Source of the DNA: Octopus sinensis
Taxonomy: Eukaryota
Length of the DNA stretch: 64,000 nt
Direction of reading: 5' to 3'
Assembly: GCF_006345805.1 (NCBI RefSeq)
Contig: NW_021834639.1
Span: 1-64,000 of the forward strand
A program made the translations under genes and the position numbers. The notes under the pieces were generated by a model. That model was not told where the DNA came from. It worked only from the letters and a program-made list of their open reading frames with translations, and did not search any database. The first letter of the stretch is position 1; the number at the start of each line of letters is the position of its first letter. Shown in pieces: positions 13,241 through 25,989 of this stretch.

Positions 13241-13514
13241 TCAGCGCCGCCATCAGCAGCAAGACCGTCTTCACTGTTTCCCTCCCAGTGTCAGGTGGAG
13301 ACAAACAATTTCTGCAGGCAGAAGACACACAAAATCTGACAGGTGATTACTTAATTAGCAGGGCGGAGTTCAAACCACCTGTGACCCTGTTCAATCGTTA
13401 CATTGTATGTACACGCGCGCAAAACACACGCACACACACATATAACGTATATATGTTTATACACACAGATATGCATGTATACATACACATATATATATAC
13501 ATATTATATGCATG

Positions 13515-13546
<32 letters not shown>

Positions 13547-13573
13547 TATACACACACATATACATGTGTCTGC

Positions 13574-13605
<32 letters not shown>

Positions 13606-14119
13606 TTGCATGTATATATGTGTGTATGTGTGTGTAAATGTGTACATATATGTGTGCGTAGATGTACTTTAACATTTAATCATTTGCATACACACGTAGG
13701 TAAATACGTATGCATATGTATATGTATACTTATATATATATATACACCCAATTATATTGTATAATTATTCTGCACCTACAGAAATGTATACATACATACG
13801 TACACACACACACATACATATATACATATACATACATAGAGTACAGGTGAGTACTCTGTAGGAGGTTCTATTTAAATAGACATGCTTCCTTCTTCCCTTT
13901 TTTCCTTCTTCTTCTTCTTTTATGCGTTTCATATCCGCCGGTGTTTTTGTGTCGACGCACATTATATCTTGTAAGTAAAACCACCAGTTTTGATCTTACT
14001 GTCTTTCATCGAATGCCAATCCACGAAGAACGATGGAGGAACTTGTAGGAAACTAGCTGCCTGGTTGGCCGGTCTGTTGGTTGGTTGGCTGGTTGCGTGG
14101 TTGAGAAACGACAAGTGCA

Positions 14120-14135
14120 CCCCTAGAGGGCGCTA
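14120..14135 (+). promoter_or_regulatory. Candidate CTCF-binding site
   Basis: CCCCTAGAGGGCGCTA matches the CCnCnAGRKGGCRC core and lies in unique sequence. Confidence 0.45.
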
Positions 14136-14807
14136 TGATATTTTGCACTAATTGACATATTTATTTCCTTCTATTCAATCTCCTCGTTGCCCTTACCCGA
14201 TCGTTCCAGTCTATTCTTCGCTGTATACTAACTCTCCTTCCGAAATTTTTCTCTCTTATTTTTTTTTTCCCTTCCTTGTTTCTTTTTTCTTTTGTTTTTA
14301 GTTCATTTTTTTTTTTTTTTTTTTTCATTTTTTGTTTATATATTTATTAGTTTTATTTATTCGTTCATACATTTTTTTTTAATTTTTTAATTTTTTTTTT
14401 TTAAGACAACACAAATTACCTTTCGGAAAGGAATTGGGGAAAAATAAATAAATACTTAAATATAAAAGAAATATATTGAAAAGAAAGAAAGAAAGAAGGG
14501 AAAGTGGGGGAAAGAAAAGGTTTGGAAAAGAAAGAGGAAAGGCAGAGAGAAAGGGCGAAAGGTATAACTGTACAAGAAATGACAAACAAAAAAAAAAGAA
14601 AAAAAGAAAAAATAAATAATTGAAATAACAAACAGAACGAAAATAAAAACAACAATGGCGACGAGAAAAACAAGGAAAAGTAAACTAAAATAGTGAATCG
14701 ATAATGAAGATAATAAACTTCATAAGATATTGGTGTGTCTGCACTTGGCGACACTGCTAGACTTTATAATGTTACCGGCGTTCGCTTTTACCTCGGTGCG
14801 TTTTCGC

Positions 14808-14876
<69 letters not shown>

Positions 14877-15269
14877 TCTCTTTCTCTCCCCCTCTCTTAT
14901 TCATAATCTTTCCTCTTAACTTTCACTTTCACTTTCGCTATGACATTTTATATTTTCATTTTCGGCTTTTCCTTTTTTCCTCTTGTATGTTTAGCACTTG
15001 TTAGCTTGCCCTTTTTTTTTTTTTCTTCTTCTTCTCTCTGTATATTTACTTCCACCGCTCGCTGAACTATGGATGACTATAACTACTGCACTGACATCAA
15101 TGATACCTCTTCCCACTCTCTTGCAACCACTTCCAATTCTTCCATAACTTTCAGCCTCTTTCCCAATACATTATGCATCGATACGCATTTTCCATGCATA
15201 TATTCTTGCGTAAACACGTTGATTAAACCTTCTCCCCTCCAAAAACAAACTTTAATTATGTGTATATAC

Positions 15270-15435
15270 ATATGACATATGCACACCAGTATATACACAC
15301 ACACATACATACATATACATGCACATATATACATACACATATATACACATATACATACATATATATAGATACACGCATACATACATACATACATACATAT
15401 ATGTATATATATATGAAAAAACAAGTCAAAATAGA

Positions 15436-15466
<31 letters not shown>

Positions 15467-15570
15467 CATACATACATACACCAGTATATACACACACACA
15501 TACATACATATACATGCACATATATACATACACATATATACACATATACATACATATATATAGATACACG

Positions 15571-15601
<31 letters not shown>

Positions 15602-15638
15602 GTATATATATATATATATGAAAAAACAAGTCAAAATA

Positions 15639-15679
<41 letters not shown>

Positions 15680-15720
15680 CATACATACATATATACATAC
15701 ATACATACATATATACACTC
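15270..15720. repeat. ~200-bp tandem duplication within a (TA)/(TACA) microsatellite
   Basis: caccagtatatacac... unit and the stub tgaaaaaacaagtcaaaatagaa each occur twice. Confidence 0.85.
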
Positions 15721-17589
15721 ATGCATATATACAAACATATATATATATATATACATATACATACATATATACACCCCATACATGCGCACGCTCTGTGTGT
15801 GTGTGTGCGTATGCAAATATATAATATGAAATATAAACATACTTGAACGAAATGACACGTGGAAATACAGATATCAGAATAAATAAATACATAAATGTTC
15901 CATTGTATTGTTCCTCTCGATATGAATCATGATTCTTGGAGCTGTAAGCAAATGAAATCATGCAGCCGTACCTCGGTGTCTTCGACGAGCAATAGAAAGG
16001 CTAGTTAGATAAAATCACTGATTTTTTACACGCTGCTATACCACAAAGTGGCACCAGGGTATATAATCTATCGAAATGTTAAATGTTTTTTTTTAGAAAT
16101 ACAAAACAAAAACAGCATATCTACATGTAAAAGTTTGTGGTAAAGAAATTGAGAGGTTATAAAGAGGCATGTATAGCAAAGATAGGCAAACATGATTCCA
16201 AATATAACGAGAATATTTCTTCGTGTAAAGCTTTAGTAAAGTTTGCTATTAAAAAGTGAATAAATACAATTTCTACGTCTCAAATATAATCAATATCTAT
16301 GAAGCTGAAATGCGAAAAGTTTGTTTGTTTCATTTTGGGATTGGTACGGGTTAAAGGGCACTAGATGGGATCGGATTGGCTCCAAAATTTACAGAGACAT
16401 GTAAAAAGAGGTAAGGAAGTGAGTGGACTAGGTTAGAAACCCCTATCCCAAAAGCTGTGGTTACTAGGGCAACAAAACCCACACTTTGACAAATGTTTGT
16501 CGTTTCTCACTTTCGGATATCACCCTCTCTTCCTCGATCTCTCTCTTTCCTCCCTTCCCTCCATATTCTCTCTATAACGACGTTCGACAGCTTCGCCGTC
16601 TTTCTGTCACTATTTCCCCCACCACCAATCTCACTGTACGTCTGTCTGTATCTGTAGAGAGAAAGCGTTGACAGTCACAAAAGTTTAAATATCCCGCTAA
16701 TCTTAATATATTATCGTCATCAACCCCAAGACATTAGTGACGGTAATCAATATCTATAAAGCTGAAATGCGAAAAAGTTGTTTGATTTCTTGGTTATTTG
16801 TTCCATTTTAGGATGGGAACGGTTTAAGGGGCAGTTTCTCATTTTTACGTATTTTTGCCATTTATTTTTTATTGTTTACTGGTTTCATTTTTTCTGAAAG
16901 AAATTTACAGCTGCGTGTAGCCCGTGTTTAGAGCTTTCATTTACATGGTCAATCGTCGAAAAATTCCCAAAATTAGTACTAAATTTAACAAAGAAATCCT
17001 TTTTCTCCTTATTTTTAATCGATTGAATAGTGGCACGTACAAAAGGCCATGGGGCTTTCCGTTGTCACTGCCTGATATTTATGATTGATCTTTCAAAATA
17101 TTTTGTTTCTGATCTTACTCAAGATCTTTTGTTTTTTTATAAATGGGAAAGAGATAGATAGGGAGTAAGAGAAAGCGAGGTAGAGTCCGAGAGAAAAGAA
17201 GAGTAAGAGAGTGGGAAAGTGAGAGAGAAATGAGAGAGAAATAAAGAGGGAGAACGTGGCGATAAGAAACAGAAAGTAACAACCACACACTAACCCGCGC
17301 GTAGAGCAGGTCACCTTAACCAAAGAGACTGATAGAATAAGTACAAGGCGTTTTAAAAAAATAAATACTGGGATCGACTCATTTGGCGAAAATTTCTTCA
17401 AGACAATGCCCCAGCTTGGCCGCAGTCCAATGACTGAAACAAATAAAGCATATAGGCGTTTTTTAAAAACTAAATTAACATATCATTAAAAATTACTTTT
17501 AAGTGGGCAGTTATAAATCGCAGTTCTTTAAATGAATTTATATGCTTCCATTTCCGAAATTCTCAGTTTCTCTTTTTTTTATCTTTCTA

Positions 17590-19060
17590 GGTTAAAAACC
17601 ATTAGCCTGGTACAAACTACCTGATTTAAAAGGAAATTTATCGTATACGCCGAGTCCTTCGCTCCCAAGCTCACATGAACGGTATTCGCTTTATTTTACA
17701 TTTTTATTTTAAGAACAAGATTTTTTTCAATAAAATCTTTATGAATGTGTTTGAAGACGGTGGTGATTTTAGCAGTGTTAATGGCATCGTCAAAGATAGA
17801 TTTGGTGGTAAATGGTTAATAATGGAATATATCAGTCGGAAAAAAGTTAGTATTTGCTTCTATTCTGGATAAAATTAAATCAATCAATTACGAAGATTAT
17901 ATAGTTTTGTAAGAGTGGAGATAATAACAGAAGGCGAGGCGCTGGCAGAATTGTTAGCAAACTGGGAGCAATGCTTAGCGGCATTTCGACCGTCTTTACG
18001 TTTTGAGTCCAAATTCCGCCGAGGTTGACTTTGCCTTTCATCCTTTCGGCGTTGATAAAATAAGTATCAGTTGGACAGTATAGTCGAGGTGATCGATTTG
18101 TCCTCTTCGCCGAAATTTCTCACCTTGTGCCGAAATTTGAAACTAATATTGGCCTAATTGTAGAACTAATTGTAGATTTGCTACTTCAAAGGGTTGTTTT
18201 ATAAAGATGTATGAATTATATCTGTGTTCCTGGTGAGTTGGTTGCAATACATTTTACAGATGAGCTGACTGTATTTTAAATAGATAAGTAGATTTTACCT
18301 TGTTTTGTATTTTGAGATCGACATTGAAATAAAAATGTGGTGAGATTGTTTGTCCAATTGATAAACGGTTTTCGACTAAACGGATTTCATAAAAATATAA
18401 TCGCTACTCTTTATCTTGTTCATGTCTCTACAGAGGTCTTTTTACAAAGTATTTTCGCTGTTTTTTCTTAAGGGATTAGCCATTTTAAAAAGGTGGGAGA
18501 ATAATGTTGGGAAAGGTCACTTAATAGTTTTTAGCCCATGAGTATTTCAAACAAAAATAACTTCCATCTGATCCGTTTAATAACATTTACTGCTTTCTTT
18601 ACATTTCTGATGAGATTTTCGTTGCGGAATTGGGATATTCTTTGGCAGGGAAGGTATATATGAATGGATTATATCTTGTTTGGTTTCAGTGTATATCAAA
18701 AGAGATCAACTATTCAAAGGAGCTTGTATATCAATGCTAGCGTTGTTAATGAGTGAATGGTAACAACCGCATTCTCATGAAAGAAATCAACTCATAATTG
18801 CTTTATGAAAAGACGTTGATTGCGACTTCATATTTCACCAGTCTTGAGGCTTGTACAAACAACGAATTAAGAGGCAGAATTTGTTGGCGATTTCATGGGT
18901 GATACGTGGGTGGGATGAGGATATTGTTAATAAGGCACGGTGGTAGTTAGACAATTGAGTGTTTTTATATGGTAGAAGTATTTGAAATGTAGTCTTTGAA
19001 ATGGATGGATTAGAAGTGAATGTATGAAGAGATGCTACATAAAAAAGATTACACACATAA
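17590..19060 (-). mobile_element. Highly degraded Penelope-like element (GIY-YIG-like tail upstream of RT N-terminus and RT motifs), interrupted by a SINE
   Basis: By-eye translations RDMNKIKSSDYIFMKS, FFPTDIFHY*PFTTKSIFDDAINTAK, HVSLGAKDSA, GSLYQANG and TRYNPFIYTFPAKEYPNSAT resemble PLE RT/EN motifs. Confidence 0.55.
17932..18150 (+). mobile_element. SINE family B
   Basis: aaggcgaggcgctggcagaattg...aaattccgccgaggttgactttgcctttcatcctttcgg. Confidence 0.85.
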
Positions 19061-19391
19061 TCACGCGCACACAACAAATATACACATGCATATATATGAG
19101 TATATATAAATTTCTAGTGTAGTATTCATAGAATCGTGTGGCTATTACAGAAAGCTCCTCTAGCAGACTCGGCTAGCAAACCACATAATAATCCAAAACG
19201 GAGGAATGAAGTGTAGAGCGCTATGCAGCTGTAAACTCGGAGATCCAATCGATGAGATTGTTTCATGAGGAGTATTATAAACCATAAAAAGTCAGAGGGT
19301 ATGAGAGATGAAAATATTTATTTCACCACTTGTCATTCTTAGGATTACGGTCGGTTCGCAACCAACGTCATGTAAAAAATAATAATTATTG

Positions 19392-19580
19392 TTTCTACAC
19401 TAGGCACAAGGCCTTGAAAGTTTTTGAGGAAGAGGTTAGTTGATTACATCGACCCCTGTGCATAACTGGTACTTATTGAATCGACCCCGAAAGGATGAAA
19501 GTCAAAGTCGACCTCGACGGCGTTTGAACTCAGAACGTAGCGACTGACGAAATAATGCTAAGCATTTCGCCAGGCGTGCT

Positions 19581-19582
<2 letters not shown>
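19392..19582 (-). mobile_element. SINE family B, ending at (GATA)n
   Basis: aatcgaccccgaaaggatgaaagtcaaagtcgacctcg...tttgaactcagaacgt. Confidence 0.85.
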
Positions 19583-19658
<76 letters not shown>

Positions 19659-19675
19659 GTAGGTAGGTACGTAGG

Positions 19676-19719
<44 letters not shown>

Positions 19720-20186
19720 TAGATAGATAGATAGATATGCATTCAAAGGGGCAGAGAGTGCTAAAAAAAACGCTATTGTATGTAGATAAACCGAACCAAA
19801 AAAAGTAGTTCACGGTGTAAATATAGTAAGAGAAATGTATCGTCAGAGAACATCGTGTTTCTGTAAACTCAGCGACATTAATAAGAAAACTTAGCAACCG
19901 AATGAATCGACAGGAATTTAAATGAAGCTCGATCAAATCCTTCCGAGATTAAATACACTCGTGACGATCAAGTCACGATACGACAAAATTCCGTGAAATT
20001 CCGTCGCAATTCAGATCAGCCAAACTCAAGGACGTTATCTTAAACACACATGCGCGCACACACACACACACACACGCACGCACACTACACATACGCGCGC
20101 GCTCGCCCGCGAGTGCAGTTATTTGTATATATCTGTACTTCTGCATATATATATATGTGTGTGTGTGTGTATCGTATATATCTATC

Positions 20187-20234
<48 letters not shown>

Positions 20235-20366
20235 AGTCCGACCCTCATCCTCTCTCTTTCTCCTCTCTCTCTCTCTCTCTGTATATATATATATATATAT
20301 GTATACACACACACACACACGCGCTCGCCCGCGAGTGCAGTTATTTGTATATATCTGTACTTCTGC

Positions 20367-20404
<38 letters not shown>

Positions 20405-20516
20405 ATCGTATCTATCTATCTATCTATCTATATATATAGATATATATAACATATATATATATATATATATCTATATATATATATAATATAAATGATGTAT
20501 ATATATCTATATATAC

Positions 20517-20818
20517 TATACATTCAAACATATAAAGGATGGCTATAATAGGACATCCGACTCACTAGAAAGAGCAGCCAAACTCCAAACCACTAATAGT
20601 TTAATTCTGAAAGGAAAGAGAAATAAAAACGTTTACCCTTTCCTTTCTGGACTATGCATAGTTTCGGCAATCTTTTGTAAATAAATTAAATTAAATTAAA
20701 TTAAATTAAATTTATTTACCACTGGCGTTTTACAACTATTAGTGGTTTGGAGTTTAGCTGCTCTTTCTAGTGAGTTGGATGTTCTATTATAGCCATCACT
20801 TATATGTTTGAATGTATA
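20517..20818. repeat. Foldback with 85-bp arms; the spacer contains the 3' half of a hammerhead
   Basis: Arms 20517-20601 and 20734-20818; minus strand at 20641-20672 reads gattgccGAAActatgcataGTCcagaaagg. Confidence 0.85.
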
Positions 20819-21084
20819 TTATATAGTCTATTGACTATTTTTTCTTTTTCACTTGACCGCTGGTAGCGGAGAATTTTTCTAGAATTTTTTGCTACCCTAA
20901 AATTTATTAATTAATATACACATATATATATGTGTGTGTGCATGTGAGTCCGACCCTCATTCTCTCTCTTTCTCCTCTCTCTCCCTCTCTCTCAGTATAT
21001 ATATATATATGTATACAAACACACACACACACACTAATAAACACATATGTAGATATGCGTGTGTGAATGTACATATATATATAT

Positions 21085-21118
<34 letters not shown>

Positions 21119-21124
21119 ATTTCA

Positions 21125-21583
21125 GTTCATATCATGTTCAATGATGACTTACGTTCGAAAGGTACCCAAGACTTGTTCGTCGAAAATGTGCTTTGTTTCA
21201 ACAAGACAATGCAAAGCCGCATACCGTCAGAAAGAACAACAACGAGATTGAAGAATTGGACGGTATGGAAGTTCTGCGACATCCAGCCTATAGTCCAGAC
21301 GTTGCTCCATCTAAATACCGTCTCTTCCGACCAATGCAGCACTTTATGAAAGGTCGCCGATTTGAGTCATTCGATGAGGTTGAAGAAACCTGTCAAGAAT
21401 TTTTCGATTCAAAGCCGAAGGATTGGTACTTTGACCAAACCCAAAGGCTTGCAGATCGTTGGCAGAAGATCATGGAAAATGATGGTCTTTATTTTGGAGA
21501 ATAATTGTTGTTGGTTTTGAATAAATTCTTGCATAAAAAATCATTATTTTAACACGGCCCACGAACTTTTCCTCCAATTAGTA
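21125..21583 (+). mobile_element. Mariner transposase 3' fragment with right TIR
   Basis: FQQDNAKPHT...HPAYSPDVAPSKYRLF...RWQKIMENDGLYF*; third catalytic D replaced by K; TIR-like cacgaacttttcctccaattagta. Confidence 0.92.
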
Positions 21584-21995
21584 TTAGATCTACTATTTGA
21601 AGTAATAAGCGCCCACAAAACTGTTACGCTTACACGCAGCAGACGCCCTTGTGTACTTCTGCCAGCCACTATTATCAGTCCTCTAACCACTCATTTGCTC
21701 ATTCACAAACACCCTACATATATATTTCCAGTCTGTCTGTATCTGTCGGTCACTGTTAGATTATACCTCACTGATGAAGTTAAATAAGCCAGAAACGTAA
21801 CCGGAATTATCCCCTATACAGGTGCAAAACAGGCTCCCTTTCCACCGTACACCGCATTTAATTAACTTTTATGAATTGAAATTGATTAGTCATTTAGATA
21901 ATGACCACTAATATCGTTAATTGTATTATTTTAATTAATCAACATTTCTTGAATTATTACATCAATTATGCTGGCACTCACTTCCTTAAGTAAAC

Positions 21996-22104
21996 AGACC
22001 ACGTGATTACACTGACGGATGAGATAACAAAGACCACGTGACTATATCATGAAAGTACTATAGAAAGTGACGATGTGATTAGAGAAATTAATTAGACCAC
22101 GTGA
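21996..22104. promoter_or_regulatory. Homotypic cluster of three identical extended E-boxes AGACCACGTGA
   Basis: Copies at 21996, 22031 and 22094 with unrelated spacers. Confidence 0.45.
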
Positions 22105-22435
22105 TTAAAGGTTGTTGTTGTTGTTTGTTAATTCACCATGGCTCGTCAGTTGAAATGCGAGCATTTTGAATTCCAGTGTAGACGGAATCTCCAGCCGTGA
22201 CTATTCCGTCTTTTTACTTTTTTTCTTTTGTTTTTGTTTTGTTTTGCAAGTATTGTGCATCAGAGACCACACAATTCAATGAGCATTCCACCCAGTTACC
22301 ATGGTAGGCTCTGACTTTAGAGAGATTTAACTGTTATTTCCAATAGCCACACGGTTGATAGAATAGTCGGCGACTGGGAACATAGAGAGGTGATGTTTTC
22401 TGTATGTCTCTGTGCAGCCATTATATTTTAGCGTG

Positions 22436-22550
22436 CAGTAATGCCTCGCTATATCGCGGTTCACCCATCATCGCGGTTTATTATTTAAGCTTACGTCGAT
22501 TTCTCTGCGGCGTTGTTTTGCATTTATAACAAAATAAATATATACAAATT
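22436..22550 (+). mobile_element. Tigger/pogo-like MITE end
   Basis: cagtaatgcctcgctatatcgcggttcac is a typical pogo/Tigger TIR. Confidence 0.6.
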
Positions 22551-22574
22551 ATAAAGATATATAAATATATATAT

Positions 22575-22976
22575 GCAGGAGTGGCTGTGTGGTAAGTAGC
22601 TTGCTAACCAACCACATGGTTCCGGGTTCAGTCACTACGACGTGGCATCTTGGGCAAGTGTCTTCTATATAGCCCCAGGCCGACCAAAGCCTTGTGAGTG
22701 GATTTGGTAGACGGAAACTGAAAGAAGCCTGTCGTATATATTATATATATTAGATATAATATATATTATAATATATATATATATGTATGTGTGTTTGCAT
22801 GACAACCGATGCTGGTGTGTTTACGTCCCCGTCACTTAGCGGTTCGGCAAAAGAGACCGATAGAATAAGTACTGGGCTTACAAAGAATAACTCCCGGGGT
22901 CGATTTGCTCGACTAAAGGCGGTGCTCCAGCATGGCCGCAGTCAAATGTCTGAAACAAGTAAAAGAGTAAAGAGTA
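22575..22976 (+). mobile_element. SINE family A, intact
   Basis: gcaggagtggctgtgtggtaag (A box), ccgggttcagtc (B-box region), CORE-like cttgggcaagtgtctt, tail aaggcggtgctccagcatggccgcagtc...gtaaaagagtaaagag. Confidence 0.92.
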
Positions 22977-23029
22977 TACAGTACAGTACTGTTTCTACTT
23001 CGCAAATTTTCACCTATCGCGGGAGGGTT

Positions 23030-23537
23030 TTGGAACGTAACAAAATTCCTGGTTTTGGGTAAAAGACAATACACGAAAATCAGTTAATTATGATTATTAT
23101 TCAACGTATTCCCCTCTCAGATGCACATGCACATTGCAGCAGTCCTTCAGTTTTTTTAAGCCTGTAAAAGAACTTGAAAGGTCGGGCCTCCATCCAGGCC
23201 TTTCGCAATACCTTTAAAGCCTTTTGAGCCCCACACCACCTTGTGCGTGTGTGTGTGTGTGTGTGTTTGTGTGTGCATCTACGCATATATATTGCAAATA
23301 TATGTATGTATGTACGTATGTATTGCACTCACACACGGGAATATTGAAAAGTTCCTGGCTTTGGGTTAAAGAAAATATAGGAGGATCAGTTAATTATGAT
23401 TTTATCCGGCATACACCCTCTCAGATTCGCACACTTATTGCAGCGGTCCTTCAGTTTTCTAAGCCCTGAAAAGTGTTCGGAAGGTTGAACCTCCAACCAG
23501 GCCCTTCGCCACAGCCTTATGTACCCCCGTCGTATAC
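23030..23537 (-). mobile_element. Two adjacent mariner-derived 3'-end/MITE fragments (~23030-23250 and ~23333-23537)
   Basis: Mutually similar (cagttaattatgatt...ccctctcagat...gcagcggtccttcagtttt); minus strand resembles a mariner C-terminus; TIR remnants tgaaaagttcctgg and tacccccgtcgta. Confidence 0.7.
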
Positions 23538-24148
23538 ATAACCAAGTATTTTCTCAGTTTTGGGCTCTACCATATCTATTCTCTGCAACCGGCACAAGAG
23601 TGACAATTTTGATTACAATAACAACAACAATAACAACAACAGCAACGACGACGAAAATGACGACAGTAATGTAGGGACAATACGATGGAGGCTGCGTGAA
23701 GCCGAGCAAAGTGATACAAAATGAACAAGTGTAAGACATGTTGAATGATTTTAGGAATTTCTTTCACTTTTGACTTATTCCGTGGCATATATCCGTGCGA
23801 GCGCGTGTCTCCACGTATGTATGTATATGTATATCTATATAAACACACATATATATGCATATGTATATACATACATATATATAATGCATACATATACATA
23901 TTCATATACACCAATACTTGTATGTGTGTACGGGTATATATATATATACACACACACACTCACACACACATATATATACATACATATTTTTATACATGCA
24001 TATATATACATATATATTTTTATACACACATGCACTCACACATATACATATATATGCATTATACATACTCACAAATACGTACACGCAGACATACGCACAC
24101 ATACACACACATATACATGCACACATACACACAAACACACACATACAT

Positions 24149-24184
<36 letters not shown>

Positions 24185-25361
24185 CACACACGCTCACACA
24201 CATACATACACTACGTACATACCTATACACAGGGGAGGTTTGTCGTGGTATTTCTATTTTCTATTTAAGGATTCGTTCTAAGAGTTTAAATCGTGTGTTT
24301 GTGTGTGTGTGCGTGTGTGTGTGTGCGTGTACGTGTGTGTGCCTGTTTTTATTTCTGTGTCTGAGTCTACGTCTACGTATGTGTGTGTGTACGTGTGTGT
24401 GTGTGTCTGTCTCGTTACGTTGCATGTGTGTGTAGAACTATCTACGTTATCGTCGTGTCTTGATAATGTCTTCTAATTGCCTTTATTTTACCGGTTTTGT
24501 TCGTGAAGCGAACTTCTTTCTCTCATATATATCCTTCCGTTTCCACAGTGGGGTTTCTCACTCAATTTGCTCTCACTATGAAATGTTCACGGCACGAATC
24601 GCGTGCAAAATATTTTGCCGAAATATTTTGCACTCTACGAATTCCATGTTTTCTAACTATAGTCTATCACATAAGCTCCTTTTTTCGCTTTCGTTCTTCT
24701 TTTCTTTTCTCTTTTTGTTTTTGTGCTTTTGTATTTCATTCATTATTTATTTACTGTTGTTTATGTGTGTATATATATTTATTTATTTACTTATCTTTCA
24801 TTCTTCTTCGTCGTATGTGTGTTACGGAAGTGGCGCGAGTTTTGTTCTGTCATTCAAAAATTATCAGCTGAATGAAGGAACAAACAAATTGAATGCAAAT
24901 AGCAACAAGAACGTCAACTACAACAACAACAACAGTGTGTGTATGTATGCGTGCATGCATGTATATACAACGTGATTGAATGTATGTATATACCAGTATA
25001 TTCATATATATATATATATATATACACACACATATACAATCAAAATAAACAACAGGATATCAAGTATCAATGCAGTACGAAAGTTTCAAGCGACTCCATG
25101 TAATTGAACAATGCAATCATTATATCAATTTAAATGCAATGCCATCTTCAGCTGCACAAATGAATGAATGGAATTTTAACAAATAGGACAGATTAACATC
25201 ATTTTTTCTAAATATTTTAACAGTGCAAGAAGATAGAAGAAATTCATGTTCTTATTATTGTAGCTAAGAGTAGACTCCAGCTTCTAAGAATCGCATGAAG
25301 CATAGTATATATACATATATATATCTATATATATATATATATAATACACTATATAATATAT

Positions 25362-25395
<34 letters not shown>

Positions 25396-25403
25396 CATAC
25401 ACT

Positions 25404-25434
<31 letters not shown>

Positions 25435-25989
25435 GTATATATATGCGGACATGCTGGAGCACCGCCTTTAGTCAAACAAATTGACCTCAGGACTTATTCT
25501 TTGTAAGCTTGTACTTATTCTATCGGTCTATATACATATGTATATATGCATACATACATTAACAAAATAAACTTTTACAAAGAAAAAGAAAGTTTGTGAA
25601 AAATCCTTTAAAAACGTAAAATCGTTTAGAGTAACTTTATTATCATCGTTATTATTATTATTATGGAAAATTTCCCCTGGATATCTGCTGTATTTACACG
25701 TTATCCACTGGGTGCCACCCAGTCCCCTGGGGCAGATAACGGAGATTATGTTCTTAATACATCGGATGACTACAGAATGTCGAAGAACGCCAGGATTCGA
25801 TAATTTTCCTTTTCAAAACAACCACGTGTACACGAATGTCCAATGAAAATACCACAAAATTGTAAATGTAACTTAATACAGTATTAGTGTTATTTTCTGT
25901 ATTTATTTTGGGCATGGTTTTGTTTTGGCTCCTGGTATCGTATCTGTGAATTTTTCTGTTTGTCTTTATCATCCTGTATGCGCCTAAAA

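Noticed and set aside
11027-13764. Long His-, Gly-, Ser-, Met- and Ile-rich ORFs (up to 313 aa) that could mimic cephalopod structural proteins
   Set aside because: They are translations of (CAT)/(CAC) tracts open in several frames on both strands, with no signal peptide, splice context or ordered peptide modules
24460-24975. 171-aa and 124-aa hydrophobic ORFs
   Set aside because: T-rich low-complexity composition explains the hydrophobicity; no motif
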